Shown here piece after piece: positions 52,580 through 64,000 of a stretch of DNA of 64,000 nucleotides. This DNA comes from Azolla caroliniana (taxonomy: Eukaryota; Plantae; Polypodiophyta), in NCBI GenBank assembly GCA_043228905.1, contig JBHGNT010000013.1, positions 6,014,001 to 6,078,000 on the forward strand, in the 5' to 3' direction. Under the pieces are notes generated by a model. That model worked only from the letters and a program-made list of their open reading frames with translations. It was not told the origin of the DNA and ran no database searches. A program made the translations under genes and the position numbers. Each line of letters starts with the position of its first letter. The first letter of the stretch is position 1.

Positions 52580-52859
52580 GAAGGGTGGTACGACGGAGGC
52601 AGCATTGCCATCAATGTAGTGCTCGTGGTCTTCGTGACTACCCTCAGCAACTACAGGCAATCCAGGAGCTTCCAACGTCTCACTACGGTCGAGCGTGACA
52701 ATATCCAAGTCCAGGTAATCTGCAATGCCCACACAATGTCTGTCCCAATCCTTGATGTGGTCGTTGGGGATGTGGTCCAGCTCCGCACCGGAGATGTTGT
52801 ACCTGCTGATGGATTGCTCATCGAGACCGAGTCTCTGGCCATCGACAAGTCTTTGTTCA
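52580..52859 (+). pseudogene. Duplicated fragment of the Ca2+-ATPase CDS (matches 56643-56922)
   Basis: EGWYDGGSIA...RTGDVVPADGLLIETESLAID, roughly 88-90% identical by eye. Confidence 0.92.
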
Positions 52860-52865
52860 GTTCCT

Positions 52866-53120
52866 AGTGAGGACCACATGGTCGATCACGTCCGTTCGTG
52901 TTCCCGATAAGGACTCCACATGGTTGCTCATGTTTGTGAGTGTTCTAGTCTCTGGTGAGGACCGCAAATGGTCACTCACGCCCATCGGTGTTCCTGTCTC
53001 CAGTGAGGACCGCACATGATCGCTCACCTAGTCTCCGGTGAGGACCACACATGGTCGCTCACGTCTGTTGGTGTCCGTGTCTCCAATGAGGACAACACAT
53101 GGTTTCTCTCGCCCGTCGAT
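52866..53120. repeat. Short tandem repeats (40-50 bp; gtgaggacc(g/a)cacatggtcgctcacg core)
   Basis: About 6 degenerate units upstream of a PPT-like tract. Confidence 0.75.
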
Positions 53121-53183
53121 GCTCCACTTCCCGCTCACTCCTACACCACGCTTTCGAAAAGGTGACCGTAAAGGGGCTGATAA

Positions 53184-53659
53184 TGTCACGACACAATGAC
53201 ATAAAATACCTAATTGGTGAGGATTGAACCTACTACCTCACATCAACAAAATGTCATGCTCAACCATTTTGATATGAGTATCCATTTGTATATAATGGTT
53301 AGTATTCTATAGTCTAGCATATAGTACATTTCAAAATCAGAATATTCTAGTCGTTAGTATATTCTAGAAATATAGTACGGTATATTCTACAAGGGTATAT
53401 TCTAGAGATATTTCTCGAGTATATTCTAGAGATATTCAATCTCGAAACTTGTATAAATACTTGTAACCTCCTTGGTTCCTTTCACAGGATTCAATGCCAG
53501 TCATTAACACATCAATCTAGTATTCTTGTTTCATTCCATCTTGTCTCCTTCTTCATCTCTGTCTTCATGCCTTTGTGTCATTCCTAGCTTCTTAAGTTCC
53601 ACACTCGTAGCTCCATCATCCGTGCTCTATCCAAGTCCGCAGTTGGTGTGTCTATGACA
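53184..53659 (+). mobile_element. LTR (TGTCA...TGACA) preceded by a PPT-like tract
   Basis: Terminal inverted 5-mer, TATAAATA near 53452, internal atattcta repeats; aaaggggctgataa immediately upstream. Confidence 0.65.
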
Positions 53660-54705
53660 ATTGCAAGATGAGAACATTGATAATTGCAATATGAGCTCAT
53701 CATCAATACACTTATGTTTTTGAACTATTTGATTTTTATGTTTACAATGCTTTCTAATGTTTAGTAGTTAAGTAATTCCTAAGTTTTGAACTTTCAATTG
53801 TATTGACATTTGATTGAATCAATATATAATATAGACCATAGTCATTTTTTGAAATTTCAATCTTTATGTAAATCATCTCAATGTTGGATTGGGTTTAAGA
53901 GAATGGTATTGATTGAATCACATGTCATCAAGTTTCAATAGTTACGAATTATTAAAGTACTAAACATTAGAAAGAGAGAGAAAGAGGAAGATAGAGTGCG
54001 AGAGAGTAGCAGGAGGTGTTATGAGCTAAAGCTTCAGCTTCTATGGTTGTATTCCCAGGACCATTCACCTTCTTTCTCTTCATCAGGTCATCATATTCTT
54101 CCTATTGTTTTGATCATCACCATCATCTTGATGACTCTGATTCTCATTTTGATTCTAATTGTGAGGATCACCATGGTCCATGACTATGATTCATCTAATT
54201 TTGAGGATCACCATAACTATGATTCATCTGATTCTGGCATCTAATTCTCGTCAACATGGTGGATCAAACTTTTTCTCTTCTTGCTCATCGTCATGGTGTT
54301 CTTGAGATTAATCTTGGCTCTGTGCATGTCCCTAGCTCTAAGGATCTCCTCCCTTATCCTCTGCACGATCATGAGCCACACCTACTGCCCAAAGCTCCCC
54401 ATCACTCCTCCATGACTTCTCTTCTGATTCATCTGTGCCTGCTTCTTCTTTGTCTTCTCCAAGAATTATAATGAGGAGGTTGAGATGTAGCAGAAGCCAT
54501 GGAGCACTAGATCCATGGCCTGGCGGCATAAACGTGGTAAATAAGATCGTCATAGCCATAATCGTGGTAAATAAGATTGCCATAGCCATAATCGTAGACT
54601 GGTGGGAAGGAAGATTGCCACAACAAAATGGCTGGAGAAATCATGGCCGCCAAGATATGGCGGATGAGTAGTGTTATTGATCATGTTTTGATAGGAAGAA
54701 GTAGC

Positions 54706-54743
54706 AGAAGAAGAAGAAGAAGAAGAAGATTCATGAGGAGGGA

Positions 54744-54778
<35 letters not shown>

Positions 54779-54797
54779 AAGAGAGAAGAAAGAAAGA
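54706..54797. repeat. (GAA)n/(GA)n microsatellite
   Basis: Direct reading. Confidence 0.85.
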
Positions 54798-55479
54798 TAT
54801 ATTAATGTCTTCTAAGGCCAAATTTGGCCCATGAGACAATTGGTTTACAACAAAATGGGATATTTACCCATTCATCGAAAGTAAAAATAAAGCTTAAGCC
54901 AAATAGTTCTAGTAAAATAACAAACATGTTCTACAGTGAAATGGCTTTATACTAGGCCTAGTTTCATCTCCATCCAAGTCTTTCGAAAAGAAACGGGAGG
55001 TCAAAGGGTTTCGATGTGGATGTGGCCCCCTGTGGTCCCAATGTAGAAGGTACCCCAACCATAGCTTCTAGTCGGCGTAGCTCACATTCCCTTATCTTCG
55101 TAATCGTTTCTACTCCACGTCGAGTTCGTTTGAAGCCCAACATCCGAGGGCTTTTGATTGTTCTTTGCATTTCTGCTTCCTCAAGGGAGAGGCCGAGTGG
55201 CGTAAGTGTATCCACATTCATCGTCTCCCCTTTTCAAACGTGTACATTTCCAAACGTTTTCAAACGTTTGAATGCTTCCACAAACATGTTTATTACGTTC
55301 TATGTTAATATATATAAGACATGTAGTTTCCGCAATATTAGTTAATGGAGGATATAAGGAAAGTGAACTATTAGATGTATTCATGCACATTATGACAAGT
55401 CAAAGTACACACAAGTTCACAACCCCCCCTCCCCCCCAAAAAAAAGTAAAAGAATTAATTTTGTATGTGCAGGAAGAAA

Positions 55480-55750
55480 AGTATTTCGTTGACCAAATGT
55501 ATTTACGGAATCATAGGAGAGCACCGACGTAAGAGACGAAAAAATATTTTGCACGCGTAGAGCGCACTATTAGTTCGTTGCTTGACTTCGCCCAAGAAAG
55601 TCTGCGTCGTGTCTCTTGCCTGAACGTGCGTGATAAATATTGTGTGTCTGTGTACATAATAATATTGTTATTATTGGCGAAACTGCAGCGAAATGTTGTA
55701 CCCAAACCAACTTCCACGCAAACGTAATATAGTATGTATAAATAAAGGAG
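55480..55750 (+). promoter_or_regulatory. Putative ACA proximal promoter (CGCG box, W-box cores, TATA)
   Basis: ACGCGT at about 55553, TTGACC at about 55489, TTGACT at about 55582, TATAAATA at about 55737. Confidence 0.4.
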
Positions 55751-55922
55751 GAGGCGCTTCTTCTTCCATTCATGGAGTTCAATTCTCATTCAATCTTCAT
55801 TCAATTCCCCTTCCTTGTACAGTGAGTGAGTGCAGTAATATCCATTACCACCATACATATACATATACAATATACATATATTATATTATTGAGATTAGAT
55901 TAGATTAGAATTAGATTAGATT

Positions 55923-58900
55923 ATGGAGTGCAACTACGACGACGACCATCGTCACCCCCTGAACACCAGCTTGGATGCCATTTTATTGAGTATTGACTCG
56001 CCTCCTTTACAATTGTCTTTTAAGGTTGCCTCGTTGGTCGCTCTTGCCGCCGTGCGTCTCAGAATCGCCATGATGCGTAACCTAACCCTAACAACCGCAG
56101 TCCCCATGATGACGTCCACCATATTGGACATGGATTTTATTCATCAATCTCCATCAACACCGCCATTGAAAACCCACAAGCACCTCCTGCATACTCCCCA
56201 TTATGCTTGTCAGCATTTCTCGACTTCATTGCCGGAGATGTTGATGTCTCTCATGGAGGAGCGCGATCCTGAGGCATTGCAACACGAATTCGGAGGATTG
56301 CACAAATTGTCATTGCAGCTCCACACCGACCTCTCCACTGGCTTACTCCTAACATACCCTCCTCCTCCTCCTAATAACAGTAATAATAATAATAATTTTT
56401 CTACAATGAATAATGGCGACCCACCCGATGATGATGTGCCGGTTGATGTATTCTATGATGATGATGATCTGCATCTCATCTCTGAACGTAAGAAAGTATT
56501 CGGGGAGAATTCGTACCCTCGAAAGAAGCCCAAGAGCCTTTGGAGCTGCATCTGGGAAGCATTCAACGACATGACCCTCCTCATCCTCATCGTGTGTGCT
56601 GCGCTCTCCCTAGGCTTCGGTATCAAGAGCGACGGTCTGAAAGAGGGGTGGTACGACGGAGGCAGCATTGCCATCGCAGTAGTGCTCGTGGTCTTGGTCA
56701 CCGCAATCAGCAACTACAAGCAATCCAGGAGCTTCCAACGTCTCACTGCGGTCGAGCGTGAAAATGTCCAAGTCCAGGTAATCCGCAATGCCCACACAAT
56801 GTCTGTCCCAATCGTTGATGTGGTCGTTGGAGATGTAGTCCGGCTCCGCACCGGAGATGTGGTACCTGCCGATGGATTGCTCATCGAAACCGAGTCCCTG
56901 GCCATCGACGAGTCTTCGTTCACCGGAGAGACCGAATATCTCCTCCCTGACCCTTCTCTAAACCCTTTCATTCGGTCGGGTTCAAAGGTCCAAGATGGCC
57001 ATGGCTCCATACTCATCACACGCGTAGGGCCCAACACCCAGTGGGGGCGTATGATGCTCTCCCTCGCCAATGACAACTCTACTTCCAAGCAAACACCTCT
57101 ACAAGCACGACTTGTCGATGTGGCCAACCTTGTCGGAAAGGTTGGTCTCTCGGTGGCTCTGATGGTCCTGGTCATCCTGGTCATCTTCTATTTCACCGGA
57201 CGTTCCAGCACCGATGGAGATCCCAAGTTTCAAGGGGGCGAGACGTCTCCTACAGAAGCCATGAACTCCTTGGTACACATATTCTCTATTGCCGTCACTA
57301 TAGTTGTGGTCGCCGTCCCCGAAGGTCTTCCTCTGGCCGTTACTCTCACTCTCGCATACTCCATGCGGAAGATGATGCAAGACAATGCATTGGTTCGTCG
57401 GCTTGCTGCGTGCGAAACCATGGGTTCTGCCACAACGATATGTACCGACAAGACGGGAACATTGACAACGAACCAGATGACAGTAGTGGAAGCGTGGTTT
57501 GCAGGTACAAGTTATGTTTCCAAGACGGTGGATGTAGGACGTCTCATCATGGAATGTCTAAAAGATAATTCATCTCAGACCTCGCAATTACGGCTCCTTA
57601 TGTACCAAGGTATTGCCCTAAACACTACAGGTACCATCTTTATGGGATCTGAATCATCGTGTGCGCCACAAGTAGTCGATGGTCACCATGTTGCTAGTGA
57701 CAATGTTGTTGTTGTTGTTGGAAGAAGCTCGCGGCACATAGATTGGGACGAAACCAATAGCAGCGCCGTAGAGGTTAGCGGTTCTCCTACGGAGCAAGCG
57801 ATTCTGTGGTGGGGTATAAAGATAGGCATGATGAAGTATGGGGACGTAAAGGAAGGAAACAGCATTTTACAAGTGGAGACCTTCAACTCCAAGAAGAAGC
57901 GTGCAGGTGTGCTTGTGAGAGGTAAGGATGGTAGGCTGTTTGTCCACTGGAAGGGAGCCGCAGAGATCATCCTTTCCATGTGTGATAAATTCGCACAGCG
58001 TGCGGGCACAGGCACAGATGAATCGACGATGGCGCAGCCGATTTCTGTGGAGAAGAGGCAGGAGATCACAAAAGCCATAGAGGACATGGCGAATTCTAGC
58101 TTAAGATGTGTGGCATTTGCATATTGTGAGGTGACAGGGGAGCAAAACAGAAAGCAGGATGAGACATGGGTCCTTCCACAAGAGGAGTTGACGTTGATGG
58201 CAGTGGTGGGAATGAAGGATCCGTGCAGGCCAGGAGTGAAGAAAGCAGTGGAAACAGTGAAGGACGCAGGAGTTGTGGTGAGGATGGTGACAGGAGACAA
58301 TATTGGGACTGCCAAGGCCATTGCTAGAGAGTGTGGGATCCTGGAGGCCTCGGCCATGGACCACCCCAACACTTCCTCTGTTGAGGGTTGGGCCTTCCGG
58401 GCTTGGACTGAGAACGAGCGAGTTGAGAGAGTACCCAAACTTCGAGTTCTCGCCAGGGCCACACCCGAGGACAAACTTCTGTTTGTAAAGACATTACAAT
58501 CGTTAGGAGAGGTGGTGGCCGTTACCGGAGATGGAACAAATGATGCCCTTGCACTTCACGAGGCCAACATAGGCCTCTCGATGGGGATTCAAGGTACCGA
58601 AGTGGCCAAGGAGAGCTCCGACATAATCATCCTCGACGATGATTTCGCATCTATAGTCAAAGTTGTTAGATGGGGCCGTGCAGTTTACTTCAACATTCAA
58701 AAGTTCCTACAGTTCCAGTTGACGGTTAATGTCGCGGCATTGGTCATCAACTTTGTCGCGGCTGTGACATCAGGGGATGTACCACTCACCGCGGTGCAAT
58801 TGTTGTGGGTCAACCTCATCATGGACACATTGGGCGCATTGGCACTAGCCACAGAGAAACCAACCAATGAGTTGATGAAAAGGACACCCGTGTCTCCGAA

Positions 58901-59357
58901 TGAACCTCTCATCACCAAGAAGATGTGGTGGAACCTTGCATTCCAAGCGGTTTACCAAATCACCATTCTCCTCACTCTACAATTCCACGGTGTCAAAATA
59001 CTTCGCCTTACGGGATCACCCGACGCAGAGCTTATCAATAGGACTATCATCTTCAATGCCTTTGTGCTATGCCAGCTCTTCAATGAGGTGAATGTTCGGC
59101 AACCCTATCGACGCAACATCTTCCATGGGTTGTTGGAAAGCCGATTGTTTATTGGCATCCTTGTGTCCACAATCATCCTCCAAGTGGTAATGGTGGAGTT
59201 GTTGGAGAATTTTGCATCGACTATACGACTAGATTGGCAACATTGGTTGATTTGCATCATTCTTGCCTCATTTAGTTGGCCGATAGCCTTGCTTGCCAAG
59301 TTTATCCCCATTCCAAATATCCCAACAAGCAATTTCTTCAAGGTTATGCGACATTAG
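55923..59357 (+). CDS. ACA: Intronless P2B-type (ACA/PMCA) Ca2+-transporting ATPase, 1144 aa
   Basis: TGET, VVAVPEGLPLAVT, DKTGTLT phosphorylation site, KGAAE, MVTGDN, GDGTND, QLLWVNLIMDTLGALALATE. Single open frame. Confidence 0.96.
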   Translation: MECNYDDDHRHPLNTSLDAILLSIDSPPLQLSFKVASLVALAAVRLRIAMMRNLTLTTAVPMMTSTILDMDFIHQSPSTPPLKTHKHLLHTPHYACQHFSTSLPEMLMSLMEERDPEALQHEFGGLHKLSLQLHTDLSTGLLLTYPPPPPNNSNNNNNFSTMNNGDPPDDDVPVDVFYDDDDLHLISERKKVFGENSYPRKKPKSLWSCIWEAFNDMTLLILIVCAALSLGFGIKSDGLKEGWYDGGSIAIAVVLVVLVTAISNYKQSRSFQRLTAVERENVQVQVIRNAHTMSVPIVDVVVGDVVRLRTGDVVPADGLLIETESLAIDESSFTGETEYLLPDPSLNPFIRSGSKVQDGHGSILITRVGPNTQWGRMMLSLANDNSTSKQTPLQARLVDVANLVGKVGLSVALMVLVILVIFYFTGRSSTDGDPKFQGGETSPTEAMNSLVHIFSIAVTIVVVAVPEGLPLAVTLTLAYSMRKMMQDNALVRRLAACETMGSATTICTDKTGTLTTNQMTVVEAWFAGTSYVSKTVDVGRLIMECLKDNSSQTSQLRLLMYQGIALNTTGTIFMGSESSCAPQVVDGHHVASDNVVVVVGRSSRHIDWDETNSSAVEVSGSPTEQAILWWGIKIGMMKYGDVKEGNSILQVETFNSKKKRAGVLVRGKDGRLFVHWKGAAEIILSMCDKFAQRAGTGTDESTMAQPISVEKRQEITKAIEDMANSSLRCVAFAYCEVTGEQNRKQDETWVLPQEELTLMAVVGMKDPCRPGVKKAVETVKDAGVVVRMVTGDNIGTAKAIARECGILEASAMDHPNTSSVEGWAFRAWTENERVERVPKLRVLARATPEDKLLFVKTLQSLGEVVAVTGDGTNDALALHEANIGLSMGIQGTEVAKESSDIIILDDDFASIVKVVRWGRAVYFNIQKFLQFQLTVNVAALVINFVAAVTSGDVPLTAVQLLWVNLIMDTLGALALATEKPTNELMKRTPVSPNEPLITKKMWWNLAFQAVYQITILLTLQFHGVKILRLTGSPDAELINRTIIFNAFVLCQLFNEVNVRQPYRRNIFHGLLESRLFIGILVSTIILQVVMVELLENFASTIRLDWQHWLICIILASFSWPIALLAKFIPIPNIPTSNFFKVMRH

Positions 59358-60414
59358 ACTCATCAAACACTATTAAAGGCACATGTTAGAGGTCAAGACA
59401 GCTTACTCAAATGATCATTCGGGGAGTTGGGGCAACAATACACGCTCCTCAATTATCATCCCATTTTTAAAGTGGAGAATTTGATGAGATAACATAAGTG
59501 TTTAACTAAAATGAATGACAGGATGTCAAAGGCTAAGTCAAAAATGATAACGATGCATGCTCACGAATATATCATAGCCAAGTTTCAACAAGACATGATG
59601 ACCAATAGAGATCACCATCGCGTGCTTATGCTATATACATAAAGAAGACATTGTCTTGATAGAACCATTCTGGTTCAACGCCATTCGTCAACCTAGACTT
59701 GTTGGGATTTACAAGACTGGGTCAATAAACTTCATGAAAAGATTTACGCGGATGGGTCAACGACTAGAATTGAACACAATATCTTATCGACACAATATCT
59801 TATTTTTGTATATAGCATAATTATGCTATGATTATCACTATTGGTAATTGTGTCTAGTTGCAACTTGGCTATCATGTATGCTGGACATATATGCGACCCC
59901 CAACTTGAAGCTTGGGTTCCTCCGGTGAATAGGAAACAAAGGTCCCTTAGATGGGAAGAGTACCATGAAGCATGTGATTCAATGTATAGTATAGCTGATT
60001 CCAAAATATCATTTGTTTAATATCCAATGTCCCCACTGGTTACATTATAAAAAACGCATCTCATTTATCAGACTAACATTGCCCCCTACTAACTAACAAG
60101 AGTTATTAGCTCAATGATCAAAGATTTCCACCTTGGAGTTGGGAGTATACAAAGGAAAAGAATATATATATTTGTAAGTGGACAGCACGGAATCATGTGT
60201 CCCAACAATAAAATCCCTCAGCGCAATTTACCAGTTCCAGTAAGAAGTTGCGTCAATGTTACCTCAGAAAGGCAATGACGTATCATAGCTAGTCCACCAG
60301 AAAGTCATGTGTTGAGAAAAGAATACAAACACGTACCATCTTATCTATCTACTGCAAAAAGAGTTTTGCTCAGAAAATGGAAGATCACAATTCATTCTGT
60401 TCAGCAATTATTAG

Positions 60415-60540
60415 TTCCCCATGACAGAATGTCCAACCATTCTCAGATCAAATAATATCACCTAATCCATACATATTAGTTCCCCACGACAGAATGTTCA
60501 ACCATTCTCGGATCAAACAATATTACGTAATCCATACGAT
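60415..60540. repeat. About 64-bp tandem duplication followed by (TA)n
   Basis: attagttcccca(t/c)gacagaatgt... occurs twice. Confidence 0.75.
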
Positions 60541-60542
60541 AT

Positions 60543-60577
<35 letters not shown>

Positions 60578-60917
60578 GCTAAAAGACAATATGACCAAAG
60601 ACTTTCCACAGAGAGTCATGCCAAGGGAGAAGATATGCCTTACTTCTTTAGAACGGGCACTAGGAAACAACAGAAAAATTAAAGCACCATGAGAAAAGAA
60701 AAACAAAAAAGAACATGGAAATGCAAAACCAAGTGTTTCTTATCTCAATTAATCCATTTCTCAACCCCTAAACTTGCTACCAAATACATGGCACATTATT
60801 GGACACTACATCCTTGCGAGAATATGGCAACCATCACCGTCATCCTCTCCTCCGATAGATAAAAGACAATAACTCAATGTTAGAAGTAAACAAAGGCCTA
60901 AAAAGATGAGAGGCTTC

Positions 60918-63262
60918 CTAATATTTGTATCCCTTCACATGAAGGGACTCTTCAGCTCCAGCGCCTGCTGCATCACCACCATACTTACCAAGGACGGCAT
61001 CAGAGTTCGCCTTACAACGAGCCAACAAGACACCCTGGGCAGCGGCCACATTTTCCTTCTTCCCACCCCAAGTCTTAAGTGTGTGCGCTTGCAGTGCACG
61101 CCCAAAAGAGAAGGACAGAGTCCACGGCTTCTTTGTTTCCAACGCATTCATTGCATTGAGATTGCGTGTCGCCTCCTCCTCGCTTTGCCCTCCAGACAAG
61201 AACATGATGCCAGGAACTGCAGGCGGGACTGTCCTCTGCAAGGCTCGGACAGTGTACTTTGCAATCTCCTCAGGTGTTGTCTTGGGTGAGTCGGACCCAG
61301 GCGTCACCATGTTGGGCTTCAACAACGTCCCCTCCAAGAGCACGTGGTGATCACTCAACGCCTTGTAAACTGCAGCAAGCACTATCTCAGTTGCAGCTGC
61401 ACATTTCTCAATGTCATGTGGCCCATCGACCAAGATCTCAGGTTCTACAATCGGCACCAATCCATTCTCTTGGCATATAATCGCATACCTAGCCAGGCCA
61501 TTCGCATTCTCCAGGATTGATAAAGGAGACGGCTCGTTAGGGCCGATCTTAAGAACCGCTCGCCACTTGGCAAACCTTGCCCCTGCCTTATAGTATTGTT
61601 GGCAACGTTGGGCGAGACCATCAAGACCTTGGGTAGTAGTTTCCCCATTAGTTCCAGCCAAATCAACTGTGCCTTTGTCCACCTTGATTCCAGGGATGAC
61701 TCCTCCTTCCTTCAAAACATCCACAAAAGGCTTACCATCAACAGTTTTTTGGTATAGGGTTTCCTCAAATAAGATGACACCACTTAGGTATTGTAAGGCG
61801 TCAGGAGCAGTGAAGAGAAGCTCCCGGAGAGCTTGACGGTTTGCTTCTATATTCTCCACATTGATGCTTGCCAGACGCTTTCCAATGGTGCCAGTGCTCT
61901 CGTCTGCCGCCAATATACCCTTTCCGGGAGTTGATATGTATTTGGCGGTGGCAATAAGCTCCTCTGTTGTAATGTAATTGTACAAAAAACAAATCAGACT
62001 TTCCCGATCAGGGAGTTCCAAACAAGCAATTTTAGAACAGTATGGCATGCGCTTAAAATGAAAATCTATCTGTTGTAATAAACTAAACTAAATCCATCTG
62101 CTGTAATAGTATAGCATACACCTACTGACAACATCAAAAAAATCACAACACGATGTATCTTTTCTAGTTCATCTTAATGGCCACAATGACAAATGATATG
62201 CACACTTCTCTTCTAGAACTACAAATCTATAAAATGGAGCAGGATCTCTTTAAATTAGCTGGAATTCATTGTAAGAAAGACATAAATCTCAACACGGACG
62301 AACTAAAAACAATATATATGAGTTTGGGTATCAGATTGGATTACTGAGAAAGAGACTTCAATCAAAACCTGTGCAGATGTGTTTCCACAATGCATGTGCT
62401 AATTACAAACAAACTCGCATTATTCATCAATGAAGACACAAGTTTTGTCAATTCAATTTACAGTTAGAACTTGTTGGATATACAAAGCATTCCGTACACA
62501 CTGGTTCTAAGGCTCTAGGTAAACAGATCATCAAACAAAAGAAAATTTCACAGAAAAGCCGGGAAGGGATTATAATTTATATAACGAATGAAGAATGTTA
62601 TGGTAGAAAGGAAGAAAGTGTGCAAAGAAGGAGCAAATATACATGTGTATATAGTTCAAAATATAGATCTACCAACAAATCATGGATATCTCCAAGAACA
62701 CGGAGGAGAAAAAAAAAATTAGCCTAAAAGATGTCTGAAAAACTAAAAACATTACATAAAAAAAATTGAGTATAGCTATGTAGAAATCATGCCTTCCCTT
62801 GAGCTGTATACTTAAACCATTTGAAAGAAACGTTTGGAGGAAAGACAAGCAAGCAGGTTCAGGAAGGACACGTTGGTATGGTGATGCACAGAGACGGAAA
62901 ATGAAATTGTTGAAAGCAAGTAAATAATCATGTGAAGGAGCACATTAAAAGCCTCGTGAACAGCCAAAACCGGAAAAAAGAAATTAAAAATGGGGAATGG
63001 AGAAAGAGAGAGAGAGAGAGAGAGAGAGAAGAAAGAAGACAAAATAACTGGTGTTGAAGAAACATGCAGAAGAAGGGAACAGAAACAAGTGCGAAGAGGA
63101 AGGAAGCTGAACAGAGACAAAGAAACAGAGGTGTAGAAGGAAAACAAGGGTAGAAGGAGACGGGGAATTAAACATGAGTGGAGGGAGGTGCAGAGAGAAG
63201 GAACGAATGGATGCCTGCAGTGCATGCATACAAGGAAGGAAACAAAGCACAGCGGGAGGAGA

Positions 63263-63325
<63 letters not shown>

Positions 63326-63353
63326 CAGCAAATTTGCCAACGAAGGACGCCAT
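60918..63353 (-). CDS. FBA: Cytosolic class I fructose-bisphosphate aldolase, 357 aa; exons 63353-63326 and 61963-60918
   Basis: [10 protein letters not shown]|EELIATAK...[10 protein letters not shown]...KWRAVLKI...[10 protein letters not shown]...GYKY*. The GT-AG intron of 1362 nt is in phase. Confidence 0.97.
63271..63322. repeat. (GA/CT)n microsatellite at the 5' end of the aldolase intron
   Basis: About 26 dinucleotide units; a second run lies near 63005-63028. Confidence 0.9.
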
Positions 63354-64000
63354 AGCTTCTGCTAGTAGAGACTGATATCGGAGGAGACAGAGACAGAGAA
63401 GGTATAGGATTGGGGGGGGTGAGTGGGGCGGGGGTTCTTATCGAGAAGGAAAGGGGGAAAGGGAAGGTTTTGTGTGTGTGGCGGAAGCTTCGTATTGTCC
63501 ACCGTCCGATCCGCGCGCTCCTACATTTTCGGCTGTTGGATTTTGGATGGTTTAGCGAGGAACCCAAAACACAACACCAACAAATATCATTCTTCGGGGG
63601 CTTTCACACCTGTCCCGCCCACCCCCCCCCTCCGTTTCACACATGTCCGCCCACCCCACCCCGTTTCACACTTGTCCCCCCCCCCCCCAACCCATCATCT
63701 TCTCTTTATTACGATATTCCTTCTCCTACCATAATCAGTCGTCAACTTCGTGCATTTCCGATCTTTCATCATTTTTGCTAACCCTTTTCCCCAAGAAGTA
63801 ACTAAGTGCCCATACTTCTACTGTCAACTTGATTCGCTCAAATAAGCGGCGATTCGGTCTGCTCGCCAAATTTTGGATAGCTTTTCGATCGACCTTCTTG
63901 AATTGGTCCTAGCATTTGTTGCTCTTTCCCATCACAACATTATCTCTTCTAGCTTTTATTTACTTTGGGTGTCATCATCATGCATATTACACCCTCCTTT

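Noticed and set aside
52866-53120. Repeat-spacer-like array resembling CRISPR
   Set aside because: The repeats are degenerate, the spacers are related to each other, there are no cas genes and the context is eukaryotic. It is a TE tandem repeat.
53996-54834. Short His/Ser/Asp-rich ORFs
   Set aside because: Trinucleotide-like low complexity with no homology I can support.
60918-62048. 376-aa single-exon aldolase ORF starting MPYCSK
   Set aside because: The N-terminal extension is intron sequence; the true start is the 28-nt exon at 63353-63326.
62812-63567. 251-aa minus-strand ORF and overlapping ORFs
   Set aside because: Artefacts of CT/GA microsatellites in the aldolase intron and 5' UTR.

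Overview
Eukaryotic land-plant nuclear DNA (probably a non-seed plant such as a fern; inferred from TE types only). About 54 kb of nested, mostly decayed transposons precede two intact convergent host genes: an intronless P2B Ca2+-ATPase (55923-59357, +) and a two-exon cytosolic fructose-bisphosphate aldolase (63353-60918, -). The TE block holds Gypsy and Copia LTR elements, a young gag-only LTR element, a MITE, a hAT that captured a ubiquitin-RPS27a gene piece, and a mosaic tandem duplication. Top finding: a 7.17-kb TIR DNA transposon (35385-42555; 37-bp TIRs, 4-bp TSD, inserted in a Copia RT). It carries a Sola-like DDD transposase and a divergently oriented 5-exon gene encoding a ParB/Srx-like domain fused to a prokaryotic-type beta-class N6-adenine/N4-cytosine DNA methyltransferase, with two palindromes between the genes. 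This copy is inactivated by point mutations. Also notable: a tRNA-3'-end-like (antisense PBS) sequence where a Gypsy PPT should be, and tRNA-like Pol III A/B boxes inside two LTR families. All family assignments come from motif recognition by eye; no searches were run.
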